Origin: an uncultured Clostridium sp.
GTDB taxonomy: Bacteria; Bacillota_I; Bacilli_A; RF39; UBA660
Direction: 5' to 3'
Length of the DNA: 64,000 nt
NCBI GenBank assembly: GCA_946414595.1
Contig: CAMKPE010000008.1
Location: 1,152-65,151 of the forward strand
The notes under the pieces are model-generated. The model made no database searches, was not told where the DNA came from, and saw nothing but the letters and a program-made list of their open reading frames with translations. Positions 8,096 through 17,894 of this stretch are shown here, piece after piece; positions within the stretch are counted from its first letter, which is position 1, and each line of letters opens with the position of its first letter. A program made the translations under genes and the position numbers.

Positions 8096-10921
8096 TTATT
8101 CATAGAAATCATCAAAGCCACCGTCTTCGTCTTCTTTTCCGTCTTCTAGATTAAGATCGAACTGTGGTTTATTCTCTGAAACTGGTATTCCCATATATTT
8201 ATTTGAGTCTTCCTCTTTTATTTTACCGCTATTCAAATCGTTTAGATTAACAAAATCTCCACTTTTCATATCTTCATAGTAATCTTTGTTACTTGTTGGT
8301 ACTGCACTATTAGCTGCAGGAGCAATTGTATTCTCTTCTTTTTTAGCTGCTTGCTCAAGAATATCATTTTGGAAGTTTCCATCATCCTGTTGTGTTTGAT
8401 CACTATCATCTATGAATGTCCAATTTTTACCACTTGATGTTCCACCTTGATCAGGCATTCCTGATGTAGCAGGCATTCCTGATGTAGCAGGCATTCCATC
8501 AATAATTCCTGCTATTGGACTCATTCCATCATCGTAATTATTCATTGGGCTTGTTTGTAAGAAGTTTCCTTCTTCTTCAGGGATTTCTCTTACATCACTA
8601 ATAACTGTTTTAATATTTGATAGATTATTTAATTTATCAAATGTTGGGAATTCATCAACAATTTTTCCATTTTTAATTCTCATATTATCAGTAATTAGCT
8701 GTCCAAATATATCTACTCCATTATTACTTGGTTCATCCATCATTCCACCGCTGTTGTACATTGGCGCTCCAAATAAACTTTCACTTGGATATCCTGATTC
8801 ATTTGGATTGATATCTAAGAATGTCTTATTTGGCATACTATTACTTGGAATACCCATTGGATTATATAAATCTGGAACATTTTGATATGGGTCTTCTTTT
8901 GGACCATTATCATCATACATTGGTGCTCCAAAAATTGTTTCTACTGGCTCTTCTTGTTGTCTTGGTTCTTCAACATTTAAGAATCGATTATTTTGTGGAC
9001 CATTAGGCATATATCCATTATTCTGTGGTGGCATGTTTTGGTAACCTTGTTGTGGCATTCCACCATTTTGATATCGTCCATTTCCTCTGTTTGGATATTG
9101 TTGTGGTGGTCTTGGACCATTAGGCATATATCCATTATTCTGTGGTGGCATGTTTTGGTAACCTTGTTGTGGCATTCCACCATTTTGATATTGTCCATTT
9201 CCTCTATTTGGATATTGTCCTTGTGGTCTTGGACCATTTTGGTAATATCCATTTCCCTGTGGTGGCATGTTTTGATAATTTCCTTGAGGTCCTCCGTTAT
9301 ATCCATTCATGTTTTGATTGTTTGGATAATAACCATTATTTTGTGGAGGCATATTTGGATAATTTCCACCTTGGTTATTGTATTGTCTATTTTGCGGTAG
9401 GAAATCATTTGCAGGATTATTACTTTGATCATCTTCATCTTTTGAAAAGAAATTGCTGTATTTATCAAAATTTTGAGTGCTTATATCTTGTCTTACAGGT
9501 CTTCTTCTATCTTCTTGCATTATATTTCCTCCCTTCTTATGATTCTTTCTTGAAGAATTATAAGTATTATCTTGTGTATACTCACTTAATTCTTCTTCTA
9601 ATGTACTTTGAATTGGTTTACCAAGAAGTATATTATCGCTTACTCCCGGTTTTATTTCTTCTGTTACAACATATTTTGTTGGCATCTTTACTTTTTGTGG
9701 TTCATCAGGTTTAATAACCTCTAAGTCACCAGATAGTAACATGTCATCTAATTTGCTAGCATCTTGTGATCTGTTTATTTTTTCTTTTAATCCTTGAGAT
9801 ACTGCTGTTGAACCAACTATATCAGTATTTGAAATAATTGATTTAACAGGTCTATTTATTTTTTCTATATTTCTATCAATTATGCTTGGTTTTTTATCTA
9901 ACTTATCAACTTCACCTGTTTGTTCTGGTTCTGCTTGATTAGGAAGCCCTTCTTGTTCAGCCCTTGTTGGAGTATTATCTTGTCTCCATGCTTCAATTGG
10001 CTTCTCACCTTTTTCCTCTAACATAATGTCATTAAATGTTTGATCAAAATTTGGTAATTCTTTTTTAATAACATCTGGATAAATGTTTTTAGAATTCTCT
10101 ATTGCCTTTCTAACATCAAATATATCCATATATGGACGGTTATCATAAACCGTATATGAGAATGCTTGTTTAAGTAAAGTTAAACATACATCTGGATATC
10201 TTGATCCTAGTGCATATACTCTTTTGTATTCACTAGTTATATCTACTAGGAAACTCATTATTCTTTCTTGAATAAATGGAGTATATTTCATTTTTCTTCC
10301 AGTTTGTTTTTCAAACTTAGGAAGTGTTCCCATCATAATCTTTATTGTTTCATCTCTACTTGGTTCAGGAACTTCAACTTTTTGAAAACGTCTTGTAAAC
10401 GCTTTATCACGAAGAATATATCTTTCATACTCTTCTGTAGTTGTGGCACCAATTACTTTAATACTTCCACGTCCTAATCCCTCTTTGAAGATATTAGCGA
10501 AGTCAAGTGAAGAAGTATCAGTTGCTCCAATTAACATGTGAATTTCATCTATAAATAAAATTAATTTTTCTTTTGTTTTAAGTTCATCAATCATTTTTTG
10601 AACTTTACTTTCTCCACTAGGCATTGTACCTAATAGTGAAGCAGTTTTTATATTTACTATTGAGTATCCTTTTAAGGCGTCTGGCACGTCATCTTTTTGT
10701 AAGCGGTATGCAAGACCTTCAACAATAGCAGTTTTACCTATACCTGGCTTACCAATCAAAATGGCTGATTTTTCAGGAGTAAGAAGTATAAGAATAAGTT
10801 GTCTTATTTGCTCGTCACGACCAATAGCTGGATTTGTGATGTATTCGTCTTTAGTGATATCAGTACCATAACGCTCTAAGACACTAAAATTGGCTTCGAA
10901 TTCTAACGTTTTCTCATCCAT
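8096..10921 (-). CDS. ClpA/ClpB-family D1-type AAA+ ATPase (single AAA+ module) with a long Q/N/G/P/Y-rich low-complexity region and an acidic C-terminus (941 aa)
   Basis: Motifs match Clp D1 domains: IGRDEQIRQLILIL, Walker A GKPGIGKTAIVEGLAYRL, Walker B LILFIDEIHMLIGA, IGATTTEEYERYILRDKAFTRRFQKVEVPEPS. No second AAA+ module is present. Residues ~500-640 are almost exclusively N, Q, G, P, Y, M and R. Confidence 0.8.
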   Translation of the reverse strand: MDEKTLEFEANFSVLERYGTDITKDEYITNPAIGRDEQIRQLILILLTPEKSAILIGKPGIGKTAIVEGLAYRLQKDDVPDALKGYSIVNIKTASLLGTMPSGESKVQKMIDELKTKEKLILFIDEIHMLIGATDTSSLDFANIFKEGLGRGSIKVIGATTTEEYERYILRDKAFTRRFQKVEVPEPSRDETIKIMMGTLPKFEKQTGRKMKYTPFIQERIMSFLVDITSEYKRVYALGSRYPDVCLTLLKQAFSYTVYDNRPYMDIFDVRKAIENSKNIYPDVIKKELPNFDQTFNDIMLEEKGEKPIEAWRQDNTPTRAEQEGLPNQAEPEQTGEVDKLDKKPSIIDRNIEKINRPVKSIISNTDIVGSTAVSQGLKEKINRSQDASKLDDMLLSGDLEVIKPDEPQKVKMPTKYVVTEEIKPGVSDNILLGKPIQSTLEEELSEYTQDNTYNSSRKNHKKGGNIMQEDRRRPVRQDISTQNFDKYSNFFSKDEDDQSNNPANDFLPQNRQYNNQGGNYPNMPPQNNGYYPNNQNMNGYNGGPQGNYQNMPPQGNGYYQNGPRPQGQYPNRGNGQYQNGGMPQQGYQNMPPQNNGYMPNGPRPPQQYPNRGNGRYQNGGMPQQGYQNMPPQNNGYMPNGPQNNRFLNVEEPRQQEEPVETIFGAPMYDDNGPKEDPYQNVPDLYNPMGIPSNSMPNKTFLDINPNESGYPSESLFGAPMYNSGGMMDEPSNNGVDIFGQLITDNMRIKNGKIVDEFPTFDKLNNLSNIKTVISDVREIPEEEGNFLQTSPMNNYDDGMSPIAGIIDGMPATSGMPATSGMPDQGGTSSGKNWTFIDDSDQTQQDDGNFQNDILEQAAKKEENTIAPAANSAVPTSNKDYYEDMKSGDFVNLNDLNSGKIKEEDSNKYMGIPVSENKPQFDLNLEDGKEDEDGGFDDFYE
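8985..9440 (-). repeat. Coding low-complexity / tandem repeat region (Q/N-rich) inside the AAA+ gene
   Basis: Two 117-bp (39-aa) tandem units lie at 8997-9113 and 9114-9230. Their first ~78 nt are identical (ggaccattaggcatatatccattattctgtggtggcatgttttggtaaccttgttgtggcattccaccattttgata). More degenerate copies lie upstream. A separate 18-bp repeat (GMPATS x2.5) lies at ~8452-8500. Confidence 0.85.
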
Positions 10922-11002
10922 TTGCCAAGCCTCCTATCATAAATCATTATACCATTTTAAAATAATTAAATAAAGAGAAAAAGAACTATTTTTAGTTCTT
11001 TT

Positions 11003-11704
11003 TTAATTACAAGATATTCCAAGTCCAAGATAATATTCTTTCAACTTGCTAAGTAATATTTTGTTGCCTTCCATGAAAGAAGCCATTTCTGGTGAGTCAC
11101 TTAGCATTTTTGATATATCAACTTTAGTGTAATCAATTTCAACATATGAAATTATAGACAAATCGTGTCTTTCAATTTTAACTGTATAACCACCATATTT
11201 CTCTTTTGCACCTTCATACGTTTCTTTTAATAATTCTTCATATGCATTTGCATATTCAGTTGATTCTGTATCGTATTTCTCATCAAGTATTAGTGTAGTT
11301 ACGTATTTACCATCATGTTTTGCTGTATATTTAAGTGTTACTTTTGTTCCAGTTGCTTGACTTGAAGAAGTGCAAACCATTGTCTTTGATCCACCATTAT
11401 CAACAATTGTATTTGTGTTATTGTCTGAATTACCGTTTTTGTTTCCAGAATCATCACCTTTTCCGTTAAATACAAAGAACCATAGTAGTAATCCTACTCC
11501 AACTAAAACTATTACAGAAATAATAGAAATAATTGCAATAGTTGCTCCTTTACCTTTCTTTGGCATTTGTGGTTGATATACTGGCGCAGGTTGAACTTGT
11601 GGTTGTACTTCTGGTTGAGGTTGTACGTTTGCCATGCTCTCTCCACATGCATCACAAAATTTTGCAGTATCAACTAATTCGTTTCCACATTTTGGACACT
11701 TCAT
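11003..11704 (-). CDS. Zinc-ribbon / TM / extracellular-domain protein (possibly YehR/DUF1307-like ectodomain)
   Basis: MKCPKCGNELVDTAKFCDACG is a zinc ribbon. It is followed by a Q/P-rich linker, the TM segment ATIAIISIISVIVLVGVGLLLWFFVF and a ~130-aa C-terminal domain. I moved the start to ATG 11704, which has AGGAG 8 nt upstream. The ORF track starts at 11728. Confidence 0.65.
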   Translation of the reverse strand: MKCPKCGNELVDTAKFCDACGESMANVQPQPEVQPQVQPAPVYQPQMPKKGKGATIAIISIISVIVLVGVGLLLWFFVFNGKGDDSGNKNGNSDNNTNTIVDNGGSKTMVCTSSSQATGTKVTLKYTAKHDGKYVTTLILDEKYDTESTEYANAYEELLKETYEGAKEKYGGYTVKIERHDLSIISYVEIDYTKVDISKMLSDSPEMASFMEGNKILLSKLKEYYLGLGISCN

Positions 11705-11766
11705 TTTATCATCTCCTATTATCATCATTATATCAAAACAAAAAGAAATAGAAAAGTTATTATTTT

Positions 11767-13722
11767 CTATTTCTTAAATTGTGAATTATATAAATCTGCA
11801 TAGAAGCCATTTTTCTTCATCAATTGTTCATGTGTTCCTTGCTCTACAATGTCTCCTTCATTCATTACAAGAATTAAGTTAGCATTTTTAATTGTAGATA
11901 ATCTATGTGCAATTATGAATGATGTTCTTCCAACAGTTAATTTATCCATTGCTTTTTGAACAAGTTCCTCTGTTCTTGTATCAACGCTTGATGTTGCTTC
12001 ATCAAGTATTAAGAATGGTGCATCTTTAATCATCCCACGTGCTATTGTTAATAATTGTTTTTGCCCTTGGCTTATTGCTTCACTATTATCTATTTTTGCA
12101 TCCAATTGTCCTGGTAATGTTTTAATAAAGTGATCTACTCCAACAGTTGCACATGCATCCCAAATAGTTGTATCAGTAACATTACTGTTATATTGTAAGT
12201 TTTCTCTTACAGTACCTTCAAATAACCATGTATCTTGTAATACCATGATAAATAAATCATGAATATTTTCTCTTGTTAAATTCTTTGTAGATACTCCATC
12301 AATAATTATTTCTCCATCGTTGATATCATAGAATTTCATTAATAAGTTAACTAAAGTAGTCTTACCTGCTCCAGTTGGTCCAACTATAGCAATCTTTTCT
12401 CCTGGAGTTGCTTCCAAGTTAAAGTTTTTGATAATTGTTCTATTTTCATCATAACCAAATTTAACATTCTTGAATTCAATTTTACCTTTAGCATCTGCTC
12501 TTTTTAACTCTTTGAACCCTTCTTTTTCTTCTGGTAATTCTTGTTCATCTAAGAATTCAAATACACGCTCTGATGCTGCAGCTGTTGATTGAAGTGCAGT
12601 TAATGCTTGAGCAATTTGTGAAAGTGGATTTGTAAACATTCTTACATAAATCATGAATGCTACTATTACACCAAATGTAATTACGTTGTTAGCAGTTAAT
12701 ATAGCACCAACAATACATACTGCAACATATCCTAAGTTACCAACAAATCCCATTATTGGTCCCATTAGTCCTGATAAGAATTGACTCTTCTTGTTGCATA
12801 CATAAAGTGATTCATTTAATTCATCAAATTCTTCTGTTACATGTTTTGTAGCATTATAGCTTCTAATAACATTATGTCCTGAATATACTTCTTCAATGTG
12901 TCCATTCATTTTACCTAATTCTTTTTGTCTTGCAGTAAAATATTTTTGACTATTCTTTAAGATAACTGCAATTAAAGAGAATCCAATAATACTTGCACTT
13001 ATTGCAGTTATAGCCATAATCCAGTTAGTTATAAACATCATTAATGTTGATCCAAGAAGTAAAGTTATACTCGTAATCATTGTTGATAATGACTCATCTA
13101 AATTTTGTGACATCGAATCAACGTCATTAGTAACACGAGATAATACGTCTCCTTTTTCATGACTGTCAAAATATCTAAGTGGTAATTTATTAATTTTTAC
13201 TATTATCTTAGATCTTAAATCTTGTGCAAATTCATTAGACACAGTTGTTAATGAATAAGATTGTATAAATTGTAGTAATGAACTAGATACATGTAGTATT
13301 AATAATAAAAGTGCTAATGTCTTAATTGCATCTAAATCCATGCGTGGCTCTATTTTTGCTTTAACTTTATCAGATAAAGCATCTAGTTTTGCTAATACTT
13401 CGGTACTTTTTCCATCATTCTCATTTTGTTTTGATTCTTGAAGTATTAGCATAAATTCATTTTTATCTTCTTGTGATATTTCATCGCTAACCATTATCTC
13501 ATTAATAGTTTCTTCAGTTATTTGAGGTCTCAACCCCTCAGTTATTTTATCTGTTAATGAAGATAATTTGTTTGGAGTAATAAGTCCTAGAATAGCTGCT
13601 ACAAAAGCAAGTAGCAAAGAACCTATTATTAAAACTCTCCATCTTTTTAAACTTTTAAATAAATTTATCATTGCTCCTTTAAAGTCTTTTGACTTCTCAG
13701 GAACTCCAGTAGGTCTAGGCAT
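11767..13722 (-). CDS. ABC exporter, fused permease/ATP-binding subunit (heterodimer partner 2)
   Basis: N-terminal 6-TM exporter domain, Walker A GPTGAGKTT, signature ISQGQKQLL, Walker B FLILDEATS. It overlaps the upstream partner by 8 nt. Confidence 0.9.
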   Translation of the reverse strand: MPRPTGVPEKSKDFKGAMINLFKSLKRWRVLIIGSLLLAFVAAILGLITPNKLSSLTDKITEGLRPQITEETINEIMVSDEISQEDKNEFMLILQESKQNENDGKSTEVLAKLDALSDKVKAKIEPRMDLDAIKTLALLLLILHVSSSLLQFIQSYSLTTVSNEFAQDLRSKIIVKINKLPLRYFDSHEKGDVLSRVTNDVDSMSQNLDESLSTMITSITLLLGSTLMMFITNWIMAITAISASIIGFSLIAVILKNSQKYFTARQKELGKMNGHIEEVYSGHNVIRSYNATKHVTEEFDELNESLYVCNKKSQFLSGLMGPIMGFVGNLGYVAVCIVGAILTANNVITFGVIVAFMIYVRMFTNPLSQIAQALTALQSTAAASERVFEFLDEQELPEEKEGFKELKRADAKGKIEFKNVKFGYDENRTIIKNFNLEATPGEKIAIVGPTGAGKTTLVNLLMKFYDINDGEIIIDGVSTKNLTRENIHDLFIMVLQDTWLFEGTVRENLQYNSNVTDTTIWDACATVGVDHFIKTLPGQLDAKIDNSEAISQGQKQLLTIARGMIKDAPFLILDEATSSVDTRTEELVQKAMDKLTVGRTSFIIAHRLSTIKNANLILVMNEGDIVEQGTHEQLMKKNGFYADLYNSQFKK

Positions 13723-15472
13723 TTTCCAATTCCTCCTTTGATAGTTGTGATAAAGCTATTTCTTTATATACTTCACATGTATCAAGAAGTTCTTTGTGTG
13801 TACCAATTCCCACACATTTACCTTTATCTAGAACAACAATTTTATCTGCATTAACAATTGTTCCTATTCTTTGAGCAACTATTAAGTTAGTAGCATTTTT
13901 AGTATATTTCTTTAATTCTCTTCTTAAGTTTAAATCTGTTTTATAGTCAAGCGCAGAAAATGAATCATCAAAAATATAAATTTCTGGTTTTCTTGCAACT
14001 GCTCTTGATATAGCAAGTCTTTGTTTTTGCCCACCTGAAACGTTACTTCCACCTTGAGCAATTTCAGCTGCTATTCCACCTTCCATATCATTAACAAAAT
14101 CAAATGCTTGAGCAACTTTAATTGCTTCTAATACATCTTTTTCATTTCTTTCTTTTCCGTTATCACCATATAAAACATTTTCTTGTATAGTTCCTTTAAA
14201 TAAAACTGCTTTTTGAGGAATATATCCAAGTTTATTATTTAATGCTTCAAACTTATAATCTTTTACATTTACTCCATCAATAAATATTTCACCTTCAGTA
14301 ACATCATAGAATCTTGGTACTAAATTAATAAGTGTGCTCTTACCACTACCAGTTGATCCAATAAAGGCCACTGTTTCTCCTTGATTTGCTCTAAAACTAA
14401 TATTTTCAATTATATTTTCTTCAGCATCAGGATACTTAAATGAAACATTTTTAAATTCAACAGTACCTTTTTCAGATGTTTCTCCATCGAAGTTACCTTC
14501 TTTAAGTGATACTTCTTCCTCTAATACTTCATTAATACGTTTTGCAGATATTTGTGCTCTTGGAATAATCATAAAGATCATTGCAAGCATTAGGAATGAG
14601 AATATTACTTGCATTCCATAGCTTGAGAATACTACCATATCACTAAATAATGTAATCTTATCAAGCATTCCTGCTTCACTAATTAGCAAAGCTCCTATGA
14701 AATATATTCCAAGACTTAATGAATGGTTAACAAACATCATAACTGGCTGCATAAGCGCAAACATTCTTTGATTAAATAATCTTGTTTTAGTTAAATCATC
14801 ATTAACTTCTTCAAATCTACCTTCTTGGAATTTTTCAGCATTAAATGCATGGATAACTCTAATACCATTTAAGTTTTCTCCAGTTACCCCATTTACTTTA
14901 TCAGTAAGCTTTTGAACTTTCTCAAATCTTGGTATTACTATTATTAATATCGTTGATATAGTTGCTAAAAGTATGAATACTCCTACTCCTGTTAAAGCAC
15001 TCCATTCAAAACTTTTATTTAATATTTTTGATACTGCCCATACTGCCATTATTGGAGCTTTAATTAACATTTGAAGTCCCATAGCAATAGTCATTTCAAT
15101 TTGAGTAACATCATTAGTAGTTCTTGTTATTAAACTACTTGTTGAAAACTTTCTCATTTCTTCCATTCCAAAGCTTTCAACTTTATTAAATATCTTACTT
15201 CTTAATTTTAATGATAGAGATGCTGATAATGTTGCTGCAAAATATCCAATTATTATAGCTGTTATTAAACTACCTATAGAACAAAGTAGCATGAAGCCAC
15301 CTTGTACAATTATTTCTCCTATATTATCTGATCCGGTTTGAACAAGTGTTGTAACTTTATTCATAAATTCAGGTATCTTTAATTCTAACCATACTTGTGA
15401 AACCATTAAAAGTACGCAAGTTAGTATAATTAAATAATCCTTACGTTTAAAGTTTTTAAGTACTTTTATCAT
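13715..15472 (-). CDS. ABC exporter, fused permease/ATP-binding subunit (heterodimer partner 1)
   Basis: 6-TM domain, Walker A GSTGSGKST, signature VSGGQKQRL, Walker B IYIFDDSFS. The paired arrangement is typical of heterodimeric multidrug-type exporters. Confidence 0.9.
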   Translation of the reverse strand: MIKVLKNFKRKDYLIILTCVLLMVSQVWLELKIPEFMNKVTTLVQTGSDNIGEIIVQGGFMLLCSIGSLITAIIIGYFAATLSASLSLKLRSKIFNKVESFGMEEMRKFSTSSLITRTTNDVTQIEMTIAMGLQMLIKAPIMAVWAVSKILNKSFEWSALTGVGVFILLATISTILIIVIPRFEKVQKLTDKVNGVTGENLNGIRVIHAFNAEKFQEGRFEEVNDDLTKTRLFNQRMFALMQPVMMFVNHSLSLGIYFIGALLISEAGMLDKITLFSDMVVFSSYGMQVIFSFLMLAMIFMIIPRAQISAKRINEVLEEEVSLKEGNFDGETSEKGTVEFKNVSFKYPDAEENIIENISFRANQGETVAFIGSTGSGKSTLINLVPRFYDVTEGEIFIDGVNVKDYKFEALNNKLGYIPQKAVLFKGTIQENVLYGDNGKERNEKDVLEAIKVAQAFDFVNDMEGGIAAEIAQGGSNVSGGQKQRLAISRAVARKPEIYIFDDSFSALDYKTDLNLRRELKKYTKNATNLIVAQRIGTIVNADKIVVLDKGKCVGIGTHKELLDTCEVYKEIALSQLSKEELENA

Positions 15473-15502
15473 TTATTCACCTTCTTAAAACAGACTACTA
15501 AC

Positions 15503-15531
15503 ATATTACTATTTTGATTTTTTAATGTCAA
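15503..15531 (-). promoter_or_regulatory. Sigma-A-type promoter for the ABC exporter operon
   Basis: On the minus strand, TTGACA (15531-15526), a 17-nt spacer and TAATAT (15508-15503). RBS AAGGTG lies before ATG 15472. Confidence 0.5.
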
Positions 15532-15540
15532 TAAGACAAA

Positions 15541-15563
15541 TAAAAAAATCTCTTTCGAGATTG
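15541..15563 (-). terminator. Intrinsic terminator after the small gene 15566-15760
   Basis: On the minus strand the stem is aatctcg/cgagatt with loop aaa, followed by a 7-nt U-run. Confidence 0.55.
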
Positions 15564-15565
15564 TT

Positions 15566-15760
15566 TTATGCCGCTTTCAAATCACTAAGTTTTTCTACTC
15601 CAGAAATCCTATCGTCATCATCAAAATACACTATGAAAGTTTGAATTCCTCCGTTTACTTCATTCCATACAAGTTCTATTCCTTGCACGTAATCACCAAT
15701 TGTTCTTCCTTTTCTTAGTGCATCTCTTACTATTCTTAAAGTATCCTCATCATAATTCAT
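15566..15760 (-). CDS. Small hypothetical protein (64 aa)
   Basis: The ORF track frame is kept, but the start is moved to MNYDEDTL.. (ATG 15760), which is preceded by AAAAGGGGA. No recognisable motif. Confidence 0.5.
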   Translation of the reverse strand: MNYDEDTLRIVRDALRKGRTIGDYVQGIELVWNEVNGGIQTFIVYFDDDDRISGVEKLSDLKAA

Positions 15761-15876
15761 AGCAATTCCCCTTTTCCTAAGTATATTTTTCTTCAACTAT
15801 AATATATCATGCAAACAGTTTATTTACACTATAAAGTGTTAATCTTTTTGTAAACTTTACTATTTTGTTTACACAG

Positions 15877-15907
15877 CAAAAAAAATAGAAAGATTAAATC
15901 TTTCTAT
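15877..15907 (-). terminator. Intrinsic terminator after the hybrid kinase gene
   Basis: Stem atagaaagatt / aatctttctat (15885-15907) overlaps the stop codon. A-run 15877-15885 gives a U-run on the minus strand. Confidence 0.6.
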
Positions 15908-17817
15908 TTAAATAACACATCTAGTTTTTCTTTTATTTGTTCTCTATTAAATGGTTTAGCAAGATAATCATTGAATCCTACTTCTTTATAGTGCTCTAAA
16001 GCCCCAGCTACTGCATCTGCTGTTAGTGCTATTGTAGGTATATTGAAGTTTGGATCTTCTTTCAATTTTTTAAATGCTTCTTCTCCATTCATATTAGGCA
16101 TCATTATATCCATAAGAATTAAATCATATGTCTTGCCTTCTTTGAATTTTTGAAGTACTTGTTCACCATCATATGCTTCATCTATTTCAAAATTGAAATC
16201 ATTTAAAGCACGTCTTGCAACTTTAATATTAAGTTTATTATCGTCTGCAATTAAGATTTTCTTAGCACCATATGCTCCAACTGTTGGGACTCCTTCAACC
16301 TTAGGTGGTTCAGAAATAACAGGTTGTGTATATTGCTTTGAATTTATTTTTGGAATAACCATTGTCCTTTCAAATCCACCAACTTCATCTTTTGCTTGTG
16401 GCTCTGTCATTTTACTAATCTTTTGTGGAATAGTTACCATGAACAACGATCCTTTTCCATATTGAGATTGAACGTTAATTTTACCCCCCATCATCTCAAC
16501 CAGTTTTTTAGTAATTGCAAGTCCAAGTCCTGTTCCTTCTACTGTTGTATTTTTTTCAACATCTAATCTTTCAAACTTATTAAATAATTTATTAATCATA
16601 TCCGCTTTAATACCGATACCAGTATCTTGAACTGTAATAACTAATTCACACATTCCTTCTTGATTTATACAATTAACGTTAAAATTAACCGTTCCTTCAT
16701 TTGTATATTTAATAGCATTAGATAATAAATTGTTCAATATTTGTTTAATATGAGTTTTATCTCCAAGAAGTTCATAAGGTATATCTTCAGCTATATGATA
16801 TTTAAAATTAATTGGTTTTTCTCCAATTCTTACTGCATTTATCTTAGCTAAAGTCTCTGCATCTTTCTTGAAATCATACGGAACTTCAGTAATAACCATC
16901 TTATCAGATTCAATTTTACTAATATCAAGAATGTTACCAACTATCTCAAGAAGTGTTTGTGAAGCATTAATAATATCTTCTGAATCTTCTTTAACTTGTG
17001 GTGGTACTTGATCTTTAAATGTACCAATATCTTCTGATAATCCTACTATAGCATTAAGTGGTGTTCTAATCTCATGTGACATAGATGATAAGAAATCACT
17101 CTTTGCCCTATTTGCTTTATCAGCTTGATCTTTTGCAACCTCCAATTGTTGAATCATTTTTACATCTGGGTTCTCTACAGTAAAGTACATTAAGAAAACT
17201 ATTAATGCTTCAGTAGAAGATATTAATGTCAACTCTGGATGTGAGCCTCTAAGCAATAATATTATACTCGCCATTACAGCAAAAACATACAATGGATATA
17301 ATTTCTTTTTTACTGCTTTTTTGATATTTAGCATCAAGCAAACAAACCAAGAAGTTATTAGTATTCCTGCCCCTAAGAAGCAGCAATTAGTCGATGCACC
17401 ATAAGAGTAAACCAAACTTCCATCATAATAAAAATTTAAAGGTAATAGTATAATTCCTATACAAAATATACCATAAACAATAAAATACGTTTTTTTCACT
17501 TTGTTTTTAATCATTAGTTTTTCAGTTGCTTTGTCATAAAAAATAGTCCATGCATATAACGACAAAGAAAGAACGTACGTCATAATCGAAATAATAAATA
17601 TCTTATTTACTATTAATGCAGTTATCGGAAAATCTTTGTATCTAGAAACAAAAATAACGCTCAAAATTTCCGTAACGACTGATATAAATGTAGTAATCAT
17701 AATTCTTCCATATAATTTTACTTCGTCTGATTCTACTTTTTTCTTAACAAAATAGTTAATCATTAAAATAGTTAAATACATTAATGAAACTAGCATGATT
17801 GTAAACAAAACGCTCAT
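15904..17817 (-). CDS. Hybrid sensor histidine kinase / response regulator
   Basis: ~6 N-terminal TM helices, H-box [12 protein letters not shown]-box [10 protein letters not shown]-boxes DTGIGI and GTGLGLAI, and a C-terminal receiver domain ([32 protein letters not shown]). I prefer the start at ATG 17817 after AGGTGGGTG. The track starts at GTG 17829. Confidence 0.9.
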   Translation of the reverse strand: MSVLFTIMLVSLMYLTILMINYFVKKKVESDEVKLYGRIMITTFISVVTEILSVIFVSRYKDFPITALIVNKIFIISIMTYVLSLSLYAWTIFYDKATEKLMIKNKVKKTYFIVYGIFCIGIILLPLNFYYDGSLVYSYGASTNCCFLGAGILITSWFVCLMLNIKKAVKKKLYPLYVFAVMASIILLLRGSHPELTLISSTEALIVFLMYFTVENPDVKMIQQLEVAKDQADKANRAKSDFLSSMSHEIRTPLNAIVGLSEDIGTFKDQVPPQVKEDSEDIINASQTLLEIVGNILDISKIESDKMVITEVPYDFKKDAETLAKINAVRIGEKPINFKYHIAEDIPYELLGDKTHIKQILNNLLSNAIKYTNEGTVNFNVNCINQEGMCELVITVQDTGIGIKADMINKLFNKFERLDVEKNTTVEGTGLGLAITKKLVEMMGGKINVQSQYGKGSLFMVTIPQKISKMTEPQAKDEVGGFERTMVIPKINSKQYTQPVISEPPKVEGVPTVGAYGAKKILIADDNKLNIKVARRALNDFNFEIDEAYDGEQVLQKFKEGKTYDLILMDIMMPNMNGEEAFKKLKEDPNFNIPTIALTADAVAGALEHYKEVGFNDYLAKPFNREQIKEKLDVLFK

Positions 17818-17856
17818 AGGAACACCCACCTATCTTATAAAAATTATATCATAAAA

Positions 17857-17886
17857 CAAAAAAATAGAATAATTTTATTCTATTTT
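17857..17886 (-). terminator. Intrinsic terminator after the AMP-ligase gene
   Basis: Stem aatagaataa / ttattctatt is flanked by A- and T-runs. On the minus strand an extended -10-like TGATATAAT follows before the kinase gene. Confidence 0.55.
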
Positions 17887-17894
17887 TTTTATTA

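Noticed and set aside
8821-9714. ORFs 8821-9006(+), 8993-9400(+), 9142-9714(+) and 8977-9306(-) across the Q/N-rich repeat
   Set aside because: The repetitive, stop-poor sequence opens several frames. Only the 8096-10921 frame connects to a recognisable AAA+ domain with a proper start.
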